From: a virus
Lineage: Duplodnaviria; Caudoviricetes
Length of the DNA stretch: 43,216 nucleotides
Virus record (IMG/VR): IMGVR_UViG_3300010224_000022
Location: 1 to 43,216 of that record
Direction: 5' to 3' (one strand)
Part shown: in pieces, positions 35,439 through 43,216 of the stretch
Numbering within the stretch: the first letter of the stretch is position 1
Layout: the number at the start of each line of letters is the position of its first letter
The notes under the pieces: model-generated
Database searches by the model: none
Told to the model about the DNA's origin: nothing
What the model saw: the letters and a program-made list of their open reading frames with translations, nothing else
Position numbers and translations under genes: made by a program

Positions 35439-37100
35439 ATGCAGATCCACAATCTCGTCCAGGGCTCGCCGGATTGGCAGGCCTTCCGCCTGGAGCGCCG
35501 CGGCGCCAGCGAAGCCGCAGCAATGCTCGGCCTGTCCAGCAAGGTCTCGCGCACCGAGCTGCTGCACATGAAGGCGACCGGCACCGCGCAGCAGTTCAGC
35601 GACTGGGTGCAGAAGAACATCCTGGACCACGGCCACCACGTCGAAGCGCTGGCGCGCCCGCTGGTCGAAGACCTGATCGGTACCGAGCTGTACCCGGTCA
35701 CCTGCTCGGATGGCCTGCTGTCGGCGTCCTGCGACGGCCTGACCATGGCCGAAGACGTCGCCTTCGAGCACAAGCAGTGGAACGAGGCCCTGGCCGCAGC
35801 CGTGGACGATGGCCAGCTGCCGGACGAGTACATGCCCCAGTGCCAGCAGATCATGATGGTCACCGGCTGCAGCAAGGTCGTGTTCGTGTGCTCGGACGGC
35901 ACCCTGGATAACTTCGTGTACCTGTGGGTTCTGCCCGACCCGGTCTGGCAGGAGCGCATCCGAGCCGGCTGGGCCCAGTTCGAAGCCGACCTGGCCGTGT
36001 ATGAACCGAAGGAATATGCATCGAAGCCCGAGGCTGACCCGATCATGTCGCTGCCGGCCCTGGTGATCCAGATCCGCGGCGAGGTTGCTACAAGCAACCT
36101 GCCGGCCTTCCAGGCCCGGGCCGAACGCTTCATCGCCAGCATCAAGACCGACCTGGTCACCGACGAAGACTTCGCCAACGCCGAAGCGACCGTGAAATTC
36201 TGCGAGCAGGCCGAGAAGGACCTGGACCAGGCGAAGCGCGCCGCGCTCGAGCAGACCGCCGACATCGCCGAGCTGATGCGCACGATCGACCACATCCGCG
36301 AGCAGATGCGCGCCAAGCGCCTGACGCTGTCGAACACGGTCAAGGACAAGAAAGAGCTGATCAAGGCGGGCATCTTAGCCCAGGTGAAGCTGGCCTTCCA
36401 GGAACACGTCGCCGCGCTCGAGCAGGAGATTGCCCCGCTGCGCCTGGTGTTCCAAGCCCGGGACTTCGCTGGCGCCATGAAGAACAAGCGCACCCTGGCC
36501 ACGCTACAGGATGCCGTAGACACCGAGCTGGCCAACGCGAAGATCGCCGTTGACGCCGTCGCCCAGGCGGTGCGTGGCCGCCTGACCTGGTACCGCGAGC
36601 ACGCCGCCGGCTTCGAATTCCTGTTCGCCGACCTGCAGACCGTGATCCAGAAGGCCGATGAAGACTTCCAGCTGGCCGTGCGTACCCGCATCGAGAACCA
36701 CCAGCGGCAGGAAGCCGAGAAGGCCGAACGCCTACGCGCTGAGCAGGAAGCCACCCAGGCCCGCGCCGAAGCCGAGCAGCGCGCACGTGAAGAGGCAGCA
36801 GCACAGGCAGCGGCCACGCCGGCGCCCACCATCGAAAACCCTCCCGCAGCACCGGCCCAGGTGACGCCAATCGCCGCTGCGCGCGCCGCCGTCCTGGACG
36901 ACGAAGCGACGGTGCGCCTTGGCCAGATCAACGAGCGCTTGGCGCCCATTACGCTTACCGCTGAAGGCCTGGCGCGCCTGGGCTTCGCACCGGCCGCCAC
37001 CGACAAGTCGGCGAAGCTCTACCACGAAGCCGACTTCCCGGCCATCTGCGCGGCGCTTATCCGCCACGTCAACAGCCTGGCCCAGGCGAAGGCCGCGTGA
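35439..37100 (+). CDS. YqaJ / lambda-exonuclease-like protein with long coiled-coil C-terminus
   Basis: QGSPDW..FR...ASEAAAMLG, ASCDGL, FEHK, Y..QCQQ. Confidence 0.9.
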   Translation: MQIHNLVQGSPDWQAFRLERRGASEAAAMLGLSSKVSRTELLHMKATGTAQQFSDWVQKNILDHGHHVEALARPLVEDLIGTELYPVTCSDGLLSASCDGLTMAEDVAFEHKQWNEALAAAVDDGQLPDEYMPQCQQIMMVTGCSKVVFVCSDGTLDNFVYLWVLPDPVWQERIRAGWAQFEADLAVYEPKEYASKPEADPIMSLPALVIQIRGEVATSNLPAFQARAERFIASIKTDLVTDEDFANAEATVKFCEQAEKDLDQAKRAALEQTADIAELMRTIDHIREQMRAKRLTLSNTVKDKKELIKAGILAQVKLAFQEHVAALEQEIAPLRLVFQARDFAGAMKNKRTLATLQDAVDTELANAKIAVDAVAQAVRGRLTWYREHAAGFEFLFADLQTVIQKADEDFQLAVRTRIENHQRQEAEKAERLRAEQEATQARAEAEQRAREEAAAQAAATPAPTIENPPAAPAQVTPIAAARAAVLDDEATVRLGQINERLAPITLTAEGLARLGFAPAATDKSAKLYHEADFPAICAALIRHVNSLAQAKAA

Positions 37101-37101
37101 C

Positions 37102-37350
37102 ATGGCCGGCCAGCGCGCCTTCCTTTGGACGATCCTGCGCTGCCGCGAACAGGACTTCCAGCGCTTCCTCGGCGTCGACGGCGAGAAAGCCGCCGCCGAC
37201 CGCGTGAAGCAGCTGTGCGAAGTAACCACCCGCGCGCAGCTGGACCGCGACCCGGCCGCGCAGGCGCGCTGGGATGAGCGGATCCGGCGCGCCTACCTGA
37301 AACACCAGCAGCACCCTACCAACCACTCCAACCAGGACCAGGAGATGTAA
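37102..37350 (+). CDS. Hypothetical protein (82 aa)
   Basis: CREQDFQRFL...VKQLCEVTTRAQLD pattern; 1 nt after YqaJ stop. Confidence 0.7.
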   Translation: MAGQRAFLWTILRCREQDFQRFLGVDGEKAAADRVKQLCEVTTRAQLDRDPAAQARWDERIRRAYLKHQQHPTNHSNQDQEM

Positions 37351-37353
37351 CCA

Positions 37354-37881
37354 ATGTTCGACCTTTCCCAGACCGTAAAACTCGCCAACCTGAACCCGCG
37401 CGCGGAGAAGCACGGCGAAGACACGAAACCGGCGCTCGACCTCAAGATCGAGGCCACGTGCCCCAGTAGCGTGCTGATCCACTTCCACCACGAGCTGCGC
37501 CAGCACCTCTTCAAGAAGGACGAAAACCCCGACCTGGTCGACCAGGTGCAGGAAGGCGACGGCCTGACCGTGCTGCGCTACCCGAAGATGGGTGCCATCA
37601 AATGGGACTGGGAAGGTGGCGGCTACACGGCCACCATCGACTACGGGCTGGGCGGCGACAGCAACATCGTCCTGCACGACTGCAAGATCGACCACTTCAA
37701 GATCGAGGCCCAGAACGGCGGCTCGGTCGTGCTGACCTTCCGCATCATCGCGCATCCGGACACCGAAGACGTCGGCGCGATCTGCGAATTCATGGCGCGC
37801 GACATCGACCTGACGCTGACGGCGCCCGAGGCGAAGACGGCTGACGACCTGTTCCCGGACAACATGCGGAAGGCGGCCTGA
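37354..37881 (+). CDS. Conserved phage hypothetical protein (175 aa); contains the A/B junction
   Basis: RBS aggag; NPRAEKHGED..PALDL; paralog of 2..388. Confidence 0.85.
   Translation: MFDLSQTVKLANLNPRAEKHGEDTKPALDLKIEATCPSSVLIHFHHELRQHLFKKDENPDLVDQVQEGDGLTVLRYPKMGAIKWDWEGGGYTATIDYGLGGDSNIVLHDCKIDHFKIEAQNGGSVVLTFRIIAHPDTEDVGAICEFMARDIDLTLTAPEAKTADDLFPDNMRKAA
37494..37548 (+). repeat. 55-bp exact direct repeat, copy 2
   Basis: Identical to bases 1-55. Confidence 0.95.
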
Positions 37882-37883
37882 GC

Positions 37884-38759
37884 ATGAGCGCCGTACTGAA
37901 AATTATGCCGCTGGAACAGTGCGGCGCGGTCGGCAAATGCATGGCGTCGCCCCAGAGCTACGCGTCGAGCATCAGCTCCTACCGCACGCCATCCATTGAC
38001 CAGATTGCCGCGCGAGCCATGCGGGAACTGGAATCGGCACGCGCGGTTGACGTGGCTACTCATGAACGTAACCTGCCGGCGATCGCGAACAATGCCGCGG
38101 TGCGCGCCCACGTCGAGGCCGTAATGGATGAGATCGGCATGCCGCGCAGCTGGTCACAGCGCGATACTAAGTCGCGGTCGCGCTACCCGAAGAACATCAC
38201 TACCCCGGCGGGCTACCTAACCGACCTCGCGCGCGAGTGCAGGACGGACGACGGCTTCACGGCTGCGACGAACACCTATAACACTCTGCTGGCGCGCTAT
38301 CGCGAGTATGAGGCGTCGGCACAGGTGGAGGCAGAGCGCGCACGTGCTGCGGCCGAGCGTGAGGCAGCGCAGAAGCTTGCCAAGCGCCGCGCCGACCTCG
38401 AACTGGTGACGATCATCCAGCGCTACGGCCTGCCGATCGAGTCCGAATGGCGCGATGTGCTGGAGGCCCTGCGCGGCCGCGATCAACGTCTCGACCTGGC
38501 CGTGGCGATGGAGGATGTTCGCGGCGACTGGAACGAGGGATGCGGCGCCGTTGAATACGCGCTGAGCCGGTTCACGATCCGCGACAACGAGGACAAGGAC
38601 ATCGCCAACGACGTGTTGGGTTGTACGCGCGACTTCGAGGACGGTCGTGTCTTCCGCGATACGACCTGGTCCTACAGTGCACTGTATGCGTCCGTCGCCG
38701 ACCGGCAACTGGCGGTCGACGTCCAGAGGGCGCGCAGCCATGCGAGGAACGAATCGTGA
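37884..38759 (+). CDS. Hypothetical phage protein (291 aa)
   Basis: Long ORF in operon with coiled-coil middle; start uncertain (alternative ATG at 37941). Confidence 0.7.
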   Translation: MSAVLKIMPLEQCGAVGKCMASPQSYASSISSYRTPSIDQIAARAMRELESARAVDVATHERNLPAIANNAAVRAHVEAVMDEIGMPRSWSQRDTKSRSRYPKNITTPAGYLTDLARECRTDDGFTAATNTYNTLLARYREYEASAQVEAERARAAAEREAAQKLAKRRADLELVTIIQRYGLPIESEWRDVLEALRGRDQRLDLAVAMEDVRGDWNEGCGAVEYALSRFTIRDNEDKDIANDVLGCTRDFEDGRVFRDTTWSYSALYASVADRQLAVDVQRARSHARNES

Positions 38760-39526
38760 GCCAGTTATCCCAGAATCCGCTGGGCTTCCGCGGCCTCAGG
38801 CCGATCGCGGAACTTGCCGCCGGCAGAGACCACGGCGACCGCCTGCGCTACAGGGCCGGCTGCCGTTGCTTCCGCTGCCGGAGCGCGAACACCGCTTATG
38901 AGGCAGCCCGAAAGATCGCGCGCGCCGCCGGCGAAGGGAACGGCATCGTGCCGGCCGCGAAGGCACGCTCGCACCTGAAGGCGCTGTCGGCGCAGGGAGT
39001 GGGGCGCCGTTCTGTCGGCGCGGCGTGCGACGTGGCCGATACCGTGCTGGCCGACATCATCTCGGGCCGCAAGACAAACATTCGCGCCTCGACGGAGCGC
39101 GCCATCTTGAAGGTGACGCCGGCCGCTGCCGGCGACGGCGCACTGGTGCCGGGCAAGGCCACCTGGAAGATGCTCGACCAGCTGATCGCGGACGGATACA
39201 CCCGGGCTTACCTCGCGGCGCAGCTCGGCAGCAAGGCCAAAGTCCCGGCGCTGCAGATAAAGCGCGACTTCGTAACCGTGCGAAGCGCGTACCTGGTCGA
39301 GCGCCTGTTCGAGAAGCTGAAGTGCGAGTGCGCCAAGCCGACCATGAAGCTGCTGGCCAAGCTGCGTGACGAGGGCTACACGCAGCACCAGATCGAGCAG
39401 CGGCTGGCGGAACTGGCCGCGCGGCTCGGGGAAAACGTGCCATCGATCCTACCGAACAAAAAGGGGCGGATCAGCACGAAAGCGGCTGATCTCATGGAGC
39501 AGCTTTATCGGGAGCTGACATCGTGA
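38756..39526 (+). CDS. Cys/His-motif plus multi-HTH DNA-binding protein (256 aa)
   Basis: GTGA overlap; HGDRLRYRAGCRCFRCRSAN; GVGRRSVGAACDVADTVLADIISG; GYTRAYLAAQLG. Confidence 0.7.
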   Translation: MSQLSQNPLGFRGLRPIAELAAGRDHGDRLRYRAGCRCFRCRSANTAYEAARKIARAAGEGNGIVPAAKARSHLKALSAQGVGRRSVGAACDVADTVLADIISGRKTNIRASTERAILKVTPAAAGDGALVPGKATWKMLDQLIADGYTRAYLAAQLGSKAKVPALQIKRDFVTVRSAYLVERLFEKLKCECAKPTMKLLAKLRDEGYTQHQIEQRLAELAARLGENVPSILPNKKGRISTKAADLMEQLYRELTS

Positions 39527-40752
39527 ACCAGGCTGACATCTTCGGCGCCGGCGCGCGCCGCCTGCAGATGACAGAATCGATCGAGCTGACGATCCAGTCG
39601 CTGCAAGCCTACGGCGCCGAGCATGAACACTGGGGCGTGGCCTGGTCGGGCGGCAAGGACAGCTCGGCTACGCTCACCCTGATCATGTACCTGCTGGACG
39701 CCGGCAAGATTCCGCGCCCGAAGTCGCTGACCGTGTTCTACGCGGACACGCGACAGGAGCTGATTCCGTTGGCCGTGGCCGCCCGCCACATCATGGACGA
39801 GCTGGAAGAACGCGGCATCCGCGTCGAGGTGGTCACCGCTCCGATGGACAAGCGCTTCATGGTGTACATCCTTGGCCGCGGCGTGCCGCCGCCGAACAAC
39901 AACACGCTTCGCTGGTGCACGCGCCAAATCAAGATCGACCCGATGGAGCAGGCGCTGCGCGATCGCCTCGACGAGCTGGACGGCCAGATCCTGATGATCA
40001 CCGGCGTGCGCCAGGGCGAGAGCGCGATTCGCGACCGCCGCATCGAAATGTCGTGTGGGAAGGACGGCGCCGAATGCGGCCAGGGCTGGTACCAGCAGGT
40101 GCTGCCGAACGCCAAAGGTCTGCGCGGGCGCCTGGCTACGCTGGCGCCGTTGCTGCACTGGCGCGTGTGCCACGTGTGGGAGTGGCTGAAACACTGGGCG
40201 CCGGCGGCCGAGTTCGGCGACTGGTCGACGGCCATGATCGCGGACGCGTATGGCGGGAACGAGGCCGAGGAGATCAACGCGCGCACGGGCTGCATCGGCT
40301 GTGCGCTTGCCCAGGAAGACAAGGCGCTCGACAGCGTGCTGCTACTGCCGGCCTGGTCGTACCTGGCGCCCCTCAAGGGCCTACGGCCGCTGTGGCGCGA
40401 GCTGCGCGAACCGCAGCACCGACTGCGCAAGGCCGGCGCCGAGTTGCTGAAGGATGGGAGCATCGCGAAGAATCCCCAGCGCATGGGGCCGCTCACGCTC
40501 GAGGCGCGCCAGATGGGCCTCGAGCGCGTGCTCGGCATCCAGGCCGAGATCAACGAAGCGGCACGCCGGTTGGGGCGGCCCGAAATCGACCTGATCAACT
40601 CGCAGGAAGAGGCACGGATCCGCGACCTGATCGCGGCAGGGACCTGGCCGCAGGGTTGGGAAGGTGACGAGCCGATCGCGACGACCGTCATGGACGTGGT
40701 CTACCAGAACGGGGCGGTGCAGCCGCGCCTGTTCTCCGAAAGCGAACTGTGA
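39523..40752 (+). CDS. PAPS-reductase-family (DndC-like) protein
   Basis: PP-loop WSGGKDSS, YADT..E, RWCT..IKI.PM, GVR..ES..R, RTGCIGC. Confidence 0.85.
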   Translation: MNQADIFGAGARRLQMTESIELTIQSLQAYGAEHEHWGVAWSGGKDSSATLTLIMYLLDAGKIPRPKSLTVFYADTRQELIPLAVAARHIMDELEERGIRVEVVTAPMDKRFMVYILGRGVPPPNNNTLRWCTRQIKIDPMEQALRDRLDELDGQILMITGVRQGESAIRDRRIEMSCGKDGAECGQGWYQQVLPNAKGLRGRLATLAPLLHWRVCHVWEWLKHWAPAAEFGDWSTAMIADAYGGNEAEEINARTGCIGCALAQEDKALDSVLLLPAWSYLAPLKGLRPLWRELREPQHRLRKAGAELLKDGSIAKNPQRMGPLTLEARQMGLERVLGIQAEINEAARRLGRPEIDLINSQEEARIRDLIAAGTWPQGWEGDEPIATTVMDVVYQNGAVQPRLFSESEL

Positions 40753-40763
40753 AAAGGATCCAG

Positions 40764-41396
40764 ATGAACAACATAATCGACCCCTGCGACACCATGCGCG
40801 TGAACCTGATCGCGGCGGCCGTCGGCCTGCAGCAGTGCACGAAGACGGCTTCGAACATCATCCCCATCCCGGGCGGCGACCGCGTGATCGCGATCGGGAC
40901 GCCTGCGCAGGTGCGCGCGCATCTGCCTGAACAGAACAACGAGTGCGAGTGCGGCGCGAACGCTTGGTGCGACTTCTACACCGGGCCGGTGAAGACGCAC
41001 GACATCTGCGCGATGTGCGACCGTAAGCGGCCCGCACGCTCGGACGATGGCCTGCGCCTCGCCGTGCGCGAGATGGCAGCGGCGCTGGAAGCGCGTGAAT
41101 GGGCCGAGCATGTATCGCGCGATCCTGACGCGGCCGCGCTTGAGCTGCAGATTACTGATTTGGTCGGCCAGCATGCCACATTGCTTTCCCAGCGGTCCGG
41201 CGCGCCCATCGACGCCATGAGCGACGACGACTTGTGGCACATCGCCATTATCGTGACCCGGCTGAACGGCGGGGCACTGTTCAACGTGAGCGCGTACGAC
41301 TGCGTGACTGCGATCCGGGCCAGCTTTTTGGATCCGGACAGCGGCCGGCAGTACGAGCAGGCCCGCGCGGCTGCGCTAGAAGGCGACGCATCGTGA
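40764..41396 (+). CDS. Mosaic hypothetical protein; N-terminus shared with 2944..3366
   Basis: RBS aagga; IPIPGGDRVIAIGTPAQV; CECG...CAMC; LEAREWAEHV. Confidence 0.7.
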   Translation: MNNIIDPCDTMRVNLIAAAVGLQQCTKTASNIIPIPGGDRVIAIGTPAQVRAHLPEQNNECECGANAWCDFYTGPVKTHDICAMCDRKRPARSDDGLRLAVREMAAALEAREWAEHVSRDPDAAALELQITDLVGQHATLLSQRSGAPIDAMSDDDLWHIAIIVTRLNGGALFNVSAYDCVTAIRASFLDPDSGRQYEQARAAALEGDAS

Positions 41397-41533
41397 ACCC
41401 GGCCATCGCCCTGTGGCTGTGGTGCCTGATGTGGACGTCGACGCCGCGCGCGCAGTGCACGCGGTGCGGCGGCAGCCACCCTCTGAGCCGGTGCCCGTGG
41501 CCGACGTCGACGAAAGGAGAGATGGATGATTGA
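41393..41533 (+). CDS. Small protein with CxxC..H...C knuckle (46 aa)
   Basis: GTGA overlap; hydrophobic N-terminus then CTRCGGSHPLSRCPW. Confidence 0.55.
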   Translation: MNPAIALWLWCLMWTSTPRAQCTRCGGSHPLSRCPWPTSTKGEMDD

Positions 41534-41705
41534 ACGAAAAGCAGACCGCCGCCGCGGCGTGTCGTCGTACTTCACCAGCCCGGTGAACGACCGGCGCCGG
41601 CCGCGATACGAGCGGCGCGGCACGGTGCCCCAGGAGGCGCCGCCGACGCGGGAACAGCAGGTGTACGGCGAGCGTCGGCAGCGGCCGGATGCTGGAATGG
41701 AATAG
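41526..41705 (+). CDS. Small Arg-rich protein (59 aa); homolog of 3985..4158
   Basis: RBS aaggag; MIERKADRRRG...DRRRPRYERRGTVP...GERRQRPDAGME. Confidence 0.65.
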   Translation: MIERKADRRRGVSSYFTSPVNDRRRPRYERRGTVPQEAPPTREQQVYGERRQRPDAGME

Positions 41706-41715
41706 GGGAGGGGAG

Positions 41716-41994
41716 ATGCTGCGCTATGTGACAATCCCGAAATTTTCGGTCGAGTCCGGATACACCGAGGACGCCATCCGTTCGAAGATCCGTGACGGAA
41801 TCTGGGTGGAAGGCCAAGTTTGGAAGAAGGCGCCAGACGGGCGCATCGTGATCATCGTGGAAGGGTATGAGGAATGGGTAGAAACGGGCGGGGTGTTAAA
41901 GCTGCGTCGGAAAGCAGCATCGAAATCAGCTTCATGTATCGGGGTGTCCGCTGCCGGGAAAGGGTCCAGCTCAAGCCCACGCCCGCTAACCTGA
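41716..41994 (+). CDS. xis: Excisionase B
   Basis: YVTIPKFSVESGYTEDAIRSKIRDGIWVEGQVWKKAPDGR...GYEEWVE; RBS ggagg. Confidence 0.85.
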   Translation: MLRYVTIPKFSVESGYTEDAIRSKIRDGIWVEGQVWKKAPDGRIVIIVEGYEEWVETGGVLKLRRKAASKSASCIGVSAAGKGSSSSPRPLT

Positions 41995-43064
41995 AGCGGG
42001 CCGAGCAGCACCGCGCGGCGATCCTGCACGCGATCGCCAGCGGCACATTCGACTACCGGGCGACGTTCCCGGAATCGAAGATCGCGGCGCGGTTCGCAGA
42101 TGCCGAGGCGGCGCCCGGCGACAAGCTGACGGTCGGCGACTACTTGGACACGTGGCTGGATCGCCAGAAGCTGGAGCGGAAGGCCAGCACGTACGACACC
42201 TACCGCAAGATCGTGATCGGCAAGCTGGATCCGTGGTTCGGCAAGCTGACGCTCACCGAATTCCGCAGGAAGCACATGCGCGACAAACTGGCCGCGTACC
42301 CGGCCGGTAACAAGACGCTGGGCAACATCCAGAGCGTGATGCGCGCCGCGCTGCAGGATGCCGTCGACGTCGACGAACTGCTCGAGGCGAACCCGCTGGC
42401 CGGGTACACGTACCGGCGGAAGGATGAGCCCAGGGAAGAGGATGAGATCGACCCATTCGACCGGGACGAGCAGGCCGCGATCCTGGCCGCGCTGGACGGG
42501 CAGGGCCGCAACCTGGTGCAGTTCGCGTTCTGGACAGGGCTGCGCACGTCCGAGCTGGTCGCGCTCGACTGGAGTGACATCGACTTCCTGCGCGGCGTCG
42601 TGCGCGTGTCGCGTGCGATGACGCAGCACGCTGATAAGCCCGAGGTGACGAAGACTGATGCAGGCCGGCGCGAGGTGAAGCTGCTGCAGCCGGCGCTGGA
42701 CGCGCTGATGGCGCAGAAGGCGCACACGTACTTGGCCGGCAACGAGGTGTTCCAGAATCCGCAAACGCTCGCGCGCTGGGCTGGCGACCAGCCGATCCGC
42801 AAGACCCTGTGGACGTGGGCGCTGAAGCGCGCGGGTGTGCGCTATCGGTACCCATACCAGACCCGTCACACCTACGCGAGTATGATGCTGTCGTCGGGCG
42901 AGCATCCGATGTGGGTCGCGCAGCAGATGGGGCACGCGGACTGGTCGATGATCATCCGGCGCTACGGCCGGTGGATGCCTGATGCCGACGACCAGGCCGG
43001 CAGCCGTGCGGAAGCGGTCTACGGAAAGAAAAAGGACGCCGCGAAAATATCCGGGGCGTCCTGA
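41874..43064 (+). CDS. int: Tyrosine integrase B with arm-binding (DUF3596-like) N-terminus
   Basis: SIEISFMYRGVRCRE, GTFDY...FP, WTGLRTSE, YQTRHTYAS, QMGH...RYGRW. Confidence 0.95.
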   Translation: MGRNGRGVKAASESSIEISFMYRGVRCRERVQLKPTPANLKRAEQHRAAILHAIASGTFDYRATFPESKIAARFADAEAAPGDKLTVGDYLDTWLDRQKLERKASTYDTYRKIVIGKLDPWFGKLTLTEFRRKHMRDKLAAYPAGNKTLGNIQSVMRAALQDAVDVDELLEANPLAGYTYRRKDEPREEDEIDPFDRDEQAAILAALDGQGRNLVQFAFWTGLRTSELVALDWSDIDFLRGVVRVSRAMTQHADKPEVTKTDAGRREVKLLQPALDALMAQKAHTYLAGNEVFQNPQTLARWAGDQPIRKTLWTWALKRAGVRYRYPYQTRHTYASMMLSSGEHPMWVAQQMGHADWSMIIRRYGRWMPDADDQAGSRAEAVYGKKKDAAKISGAS

Positions 43065-43139
43065 TCACGCTGTCATTATGTTGGCATTACCGAGCCAAAA
43101 CGGCCCAAATCAACCCCAACTTTGACGGCATCAAACACA

Positions 43140-43152
43140 TAAGTGCTTGATT
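43140..43152 (-). promoter_or_regulatory. IHF-consensus site beside att B
   Basis: Minus strand AATCAAGCACTTA matches WATCAANNNNTTR. Confidence 0.55.
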
Positions 43153-43165
43153 TAAAACAGTGTAC

Positions 43166-43216
43166 TGGTGGAGGCGGAGGGAATCGAACCCTCGTCCGCA
43201 AGCACTCTACAGACAG
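43166..43216 (-). ncRNA. ssrA: 3' end of tmRNA (partial; att core for integrase B)
   Basis: Minus strand ctgtctgtagagtgcttgcggacgagggttcgattccctccgcctccacca: tmRNA-type GGAC..GGTTCGATTCC..CTCCACCA end; runs off the window. Confidence 0.8.

Larger units (their letters stand above)
1..37493. mobile_element. Temperate podovirus-type phage genome (phage A), circularly permuted, about 37.5 kb
   Basis: Full gene set (int/xis, attP, lysis, tail, terminase, capsid, portal, replication, cI/cro, RecT/YqaJ); bases 1-55 recur exactly at 37494-37548 and circularising restores an intact ORF. Confidence 0.85.
37549..43216 (+). mobile_element. Second phage early/integration arm (arm B) ending at an ssrA att site
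   Basis: Gene order parallels 56-5654 but with a different modification gene, xis, int and att. Confidence 0.8.

Noticed and set aside
35423-37006. 527-aa minus-strand ORF
   Set aside because: Shadow of YqaJ with Ser/Ala/Arg-biased composition
37884-41396. Complete Dnd/Ssp phosphorothioation system
   Set aside because: Only a DndC-like gene; no DndB/D/E, cysteine desulfurase or restriction module recognisable
41724-42935. 403-aa minus-strand ORF
   Set aside because: Shadow of integrase B
43071-43089. Arm-type sites for integrase B (tgtcatta / tggcatta)
   Set aside because: Plausible 11-bp-spaced pair, but too short and the opposite arm is outside the window, so not called

Overview
GC-rich, entirely phage-derived window, probably from a betaproteobacterial (Burkholderiales-like) host; the host is an inference. 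Positions 1-37493 read as one complete, circularly permuted temperate podovirus ('phage A'). In order it carries early accessory genes with a C5 DNA methyltransferase, xis/int, an attP with a tRNA-Ser 3' core, a minus-strand late region (lysis, tailspike, TerL/TerS, internal virion proteins, T7-like tail tubes, capsid, scaffold, portal), replication genes, a lambda-like cro/cI switch and a RecT/YqaJ early operon. Bases 1-55 are repeated exactly at 37494-37548, and joining them restores an intact 175-aa gene. After that repeat the sequence continues into a second, parallel early/integration arm ('arm B', 37549-43216) with a PAPS-reductase/DndC-like gene, a different xis/int and the 3' end of tmRNA (ssrA). 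Main signals: the two-arm, phage-in-prophage or chimeric architecture; three identical 20-bp boxes at fixed spacing from -10-like hexamers ahead of late genes, next to a candidate HTH activator; a methyltransferase with six tandem TRD-like repeats; a tail-fibre-adaptor-like insertion in TerL; and two candidate superinfection-exclusion morons. All protein calls come from motif recognition by eye, not from database searches.
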